Assembly (NCBI GenBank): GCA_038087875.1
Contig: JAXLNO010005863.1
Coordinates: 124,001 to 188,000 of the forward strand
From: Malacoraja senta
Lineage: Eukaryota
Length of the DNA stretch: 64,000 nt
Direction of reading: 5' to 3'
This document shows, piece after piece, positions 61,453 to 64,000 of this stretch. Numbering within the stretch: the first letter of the stretch is position 1; the number at the start of each line of letters is the position of its first letter. A program made the translations under genes and the position numbers. The notes under the pieces were generated by a model. That model ran no database searches. It worked only from the letters and a program-made list of their open reading frames with translations, and was not told the DNA's origin.

Positions 61453-61856
61453 ATCGAGAGGTATTGAATGATATAGTAATCAGATTTGGAATGCCCGACA
61501 TCGACTTGTTTGCATCTAGACTGAATCATCAGCTATCGAGATATGTCTCATGGGAATCAGATCCAGGAGCAGTGGCGATTGATGCTTTCTCGCTACATTG
61601 TGGTGGTATGTTTTCATATATATTTCCACTTTTCTGCCTCATAAGCCAATGTTTGCTTAAAATCAGGCAAGATGCTGCTTCAGGGGTATTGGTAGTACCA
61701 GATTGGCCTATACAGCCATGGTATCTGTTGATATTAGAATTAACAACACAAATGTTGATGAAAGTCCCAAAAAGGGGTAATTTATTGCTGCACCCTGTAA
61801 CAGGGGAACAACATCCATTATATGATCGTTTGGATTTGTTGATTTGCAGGTTTTAA
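61446..61856 (+). pseudogene. DIRS DNA N6-adenine methyltransferase-like domain
   Basis: PDIDLFASRLNHQL...DAFSLH...YIFPLF...VVPDWPIQPWY, the MT domain found downstream of RNase H in DIRS1 elements. The usual FPPF appears as FPLF. Confidence 0.8.
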
Positions 61857-61859
61857 GAA

Positions 61860-62790
61860 GGCCTTTTCTGGGGCGAGGACTGTCTGAGCGTACTGTGGAC
61901 ATGCTTACGGCAGCCTGGAGGAAGAGCACTCAAAAACAGTACCTTTCTTATATTAAGAAATGGGAAGAGTTCTGTGTACAAAAGAATGTGCAATATAGTA
62001 CTGCAGATATTTCAAATGTTTAGAATTTCTGTCAAAACTTTATTATGATGAAGGTCTGAGTTGTAGTGCAATTAATTCAGCCAGAAGTGCATTGTCCTCA
62101 TATTTGGTTCTGGATTCAGAAGGAAACCCAATTGGGTCACACCCAATTGTTTCCAGACTAATGAAAGGAATCTTTAATTCCAAACCACCGAAACCTAGGT
62201 ACATGACAATCAGGGATGTAAGTGTGGTACTGAAACTACTTTGTGAATGGTCACCAAGTGTGTCTTTACCTTTGGCCAAGCTCAGTATGAAAGTATTCAT
62301 GCTTATGGCATGAGTGACAGCACAACGAGTGCAAACACTTGGAAAATTACAAATAGACAGTATGGAAGTAACTGAAGACAAGGTTACATTCTATATCTAT
62401 GACCTACTAAAGCAAATTAGGCCAGGTGTGACAGGATTTAAAATTATGCTAGCAGCATATCCAAATGATCCTTGTCTCTGTGTTGAGACATATTTGTTAC
62501 AATACATTGGAGTCACAAAGAATTTGAGAAATACGGAAACTGGGTTGTTGATCACACACAAGAAACCACAATACAGTTTCAATACAGACTATTTCCAGAT
62601 GGATAAAAGAAGTCTTAACTGCTGCTGGTATTAACACTTATGTTTTTACGTCTCACTCGCCTAGGGCAGCAGAAACGTCGGCGGCCAGGGCAAAAGACGT
62701 CCCCGTCGACCATATCCTCGCAGCCAATGAGTTGATGTTTCAACATTTTTACCATCGGCCTATTGTTAATGCGGGATTGTTTGCAGAAAC
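61860..62790 (+). pseudogene. DIRS tyrosine recombinase
   Basis: GLSERTVDMLTAAWRKSTQKQY; SARSALSS; LMA*VTAQRVQTL; SHSPRAA (HSxR); FYHRP carrying the catalytic Tyr. Interrupted by stops and frameshifts. Confidence 0.82.
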
Positions 62791-63975
62791 TATTTTAAGT
62801 TCTGAGTAAATTCCTCTGGTTTAAAGGGGATCTGATTAATTTCATTATTGAAATGAATTACTGCATTTGTGGTACAAATGTTATTATGAATGCATGATTG
62901 ATTATTTCTCGTTCCGAGTCAATCAGTGCAGTGAGAAGCCGGGATTGATCCACGGCATGAAATCACAAAGCTTTAAAATCTTCACGTAGTCACTCACGTG
63001 ACTCCGAAGTAAAATAGTAAGATTAAACGAGAACTTACCTAAGTTTGAAGTTTGATCTTTATTTTATGAGGAGTTACGTAGGTGATTACGTGCCCGCCAC
63101 GACCCTACCCTCTATCATAAAGGTCAGATGGAAGTTCTTGTATCACTCGTTTTATTATGAGACTATATTACTTCGGTTGTTGTTTTTTGTGATTTCACAC
63201 CGCTGCTTTGAAGATTGACGCGCAGGCGCACTGGCGGGGTTCTTCACGTAATCACCTACGTAACTCCTCATAAAATAAAGATCTCGTTTAATCTTACTAT
63301 TACACATCCTCCAAGCTAATGTCCTTCCTTTCTATTGCGTTAATCTCCTCTCTAACCAGCAACGCTACCCCACCTCCTTTTCCTTTCTGTCTATCCCTCC
63401 TGAATATTCAATATCCCTGGATGTTCAGCTCCCAGCCTTGGTCACCCTGGAGCCATGTCTCCGTGATCCCAACTATATCATAGTCATTAATAGCTATCTG
63501 CACATTCAACTCATCCACCTTATTACGAATGCTCCTTGCATTGAGACACAAAGCCTTCAGGCTTGTTTTTACAACGCTCTTACCCCTTATACAATTATGT
63601 TGAAAGGTGGCCCTTTTTAATTTTTGCCCTGGATTTGTCTGCCTGCCATGTTTACTTTTCACCTTGCTACCTATTGCTTCTACCCCCATTTTACATCCCT
63701 ATGTCTGTCTGCTCACACATTTAAGAAACCCACCACCTCTTATTTTCTGTTTATTATATTTTTCTTCTTTCCCCCCTACATGTTGGGTCTGATTGCTTCT
63801 CTTCTCTGCCTCCTGCCTCACACACTTACTAGCTTTCTCTATTTGAGTCCCTCCCCCCAACCGTTCTAGTTTAAAGTCTCTGCAAATCTTTGCAAATCTC
63901 CCCGCCAGGATATTGGTACCACCGATGCTACTGCTGCGCCACCATGCTGTGCATGAGGCAGAGGGTCTCCATTAC

Positions 63976-64000
63976 CTTTCTTTGCAGCTCCTCAGGTGAA
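63976..64000 (-). CDS. RalGDS/RGL-family gene, partial exon running off the window (…SPEELQRK)
   Basis: Minus strand TCA CCT GAG GAG CTG CAA AGA AAG followed by donor GTAATG (63975-63970). Phase 0 matches the next acceptor. Resembles recalled RGL1 TPDEPQKK, which precedes LSESSSSCSSIHSMD. Confidence 0.65.

Larger units (their letters stand above)
58630..63301 (+). mobile_element. DIRS1-type tyrosine-recombinase retrotransposon, full length, inactivated
   Basis: Left ITR 58631-58691, right ITR 63216-63300 and internal complementary region 62979-63092, which is complementary to the outer ends of both ITRs. Internal gag-like, RT, RNase H, methyltransferase-like and YR frames. No TSD; ATT at both junctions. 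Confidence 0.93.
56128..63890 (-). mobile_element. CR1-clade (HER1-like) LINE, EN+RT, split by the DIRS insertion
   Basis: APE endonuclease LCLNARSIRNK...VGITETWL (63408-63689) and GDFN...LDWVL (58034-58585); [14 protein letters not shown]...[10 protein letters not shown]...FADDTK (56844-57644); 3' tail at about 56130. Host sequence is continuous across 58630/63301. Confidence 0.92.

Noticed and set aside
61446-62790. Phage-like adenine methyltransferase plus tyrosine integrase suggesting a prophage or contamination
   Set aside because: Both are standard DIRS1 modules enclosed by ITRs and an ICR, and the element is inserted in a host LINE.

Overview
Vertebrate genomic DNA, most likely a cartilaginous fish (skate/ray-type HE1 SINEs, CR1/HER1 LINEs and Penelope-derived repeats). 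Repeats make up most of the window. Two host genes face each other tail-to-tail. On the + strand at the left edge is the 3' end of an MHC class I-like gene: a 276-nt alpha3/IgC1 exon carrying an in-frame TAG, plus a transmembrane exon. On the - strand are the last exons of a RalGDS/RGL-family gene, closest by recalled sequence to RGL1. Its four clear exons are at 63976-64000, 53029-53274, 47605-47716 and 44375-44514, and a candidate terminal exon lies 13 kb further on at 31322-31428. Mobile elements include a structurally complete DIRS tyrosine-recombinase retrotransposon nested in a CR1 LINE, a full-length Buster/Charlie hAT with non-matching target sites, BEL/Pao and Gypsy relics, RTE, RTEX, L1 and Rex/Babar fragments, and several non-autonomous TIR elements. 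About 15 Penelope-derived short repeats carry a minimal hammerhead-ribozyme core. There is one 131-N assembly gap. All family assignments come from motif recognition and recalled sequences, not database searches. Repeat boundaries are approximate unless termini or TSDs are quoted.
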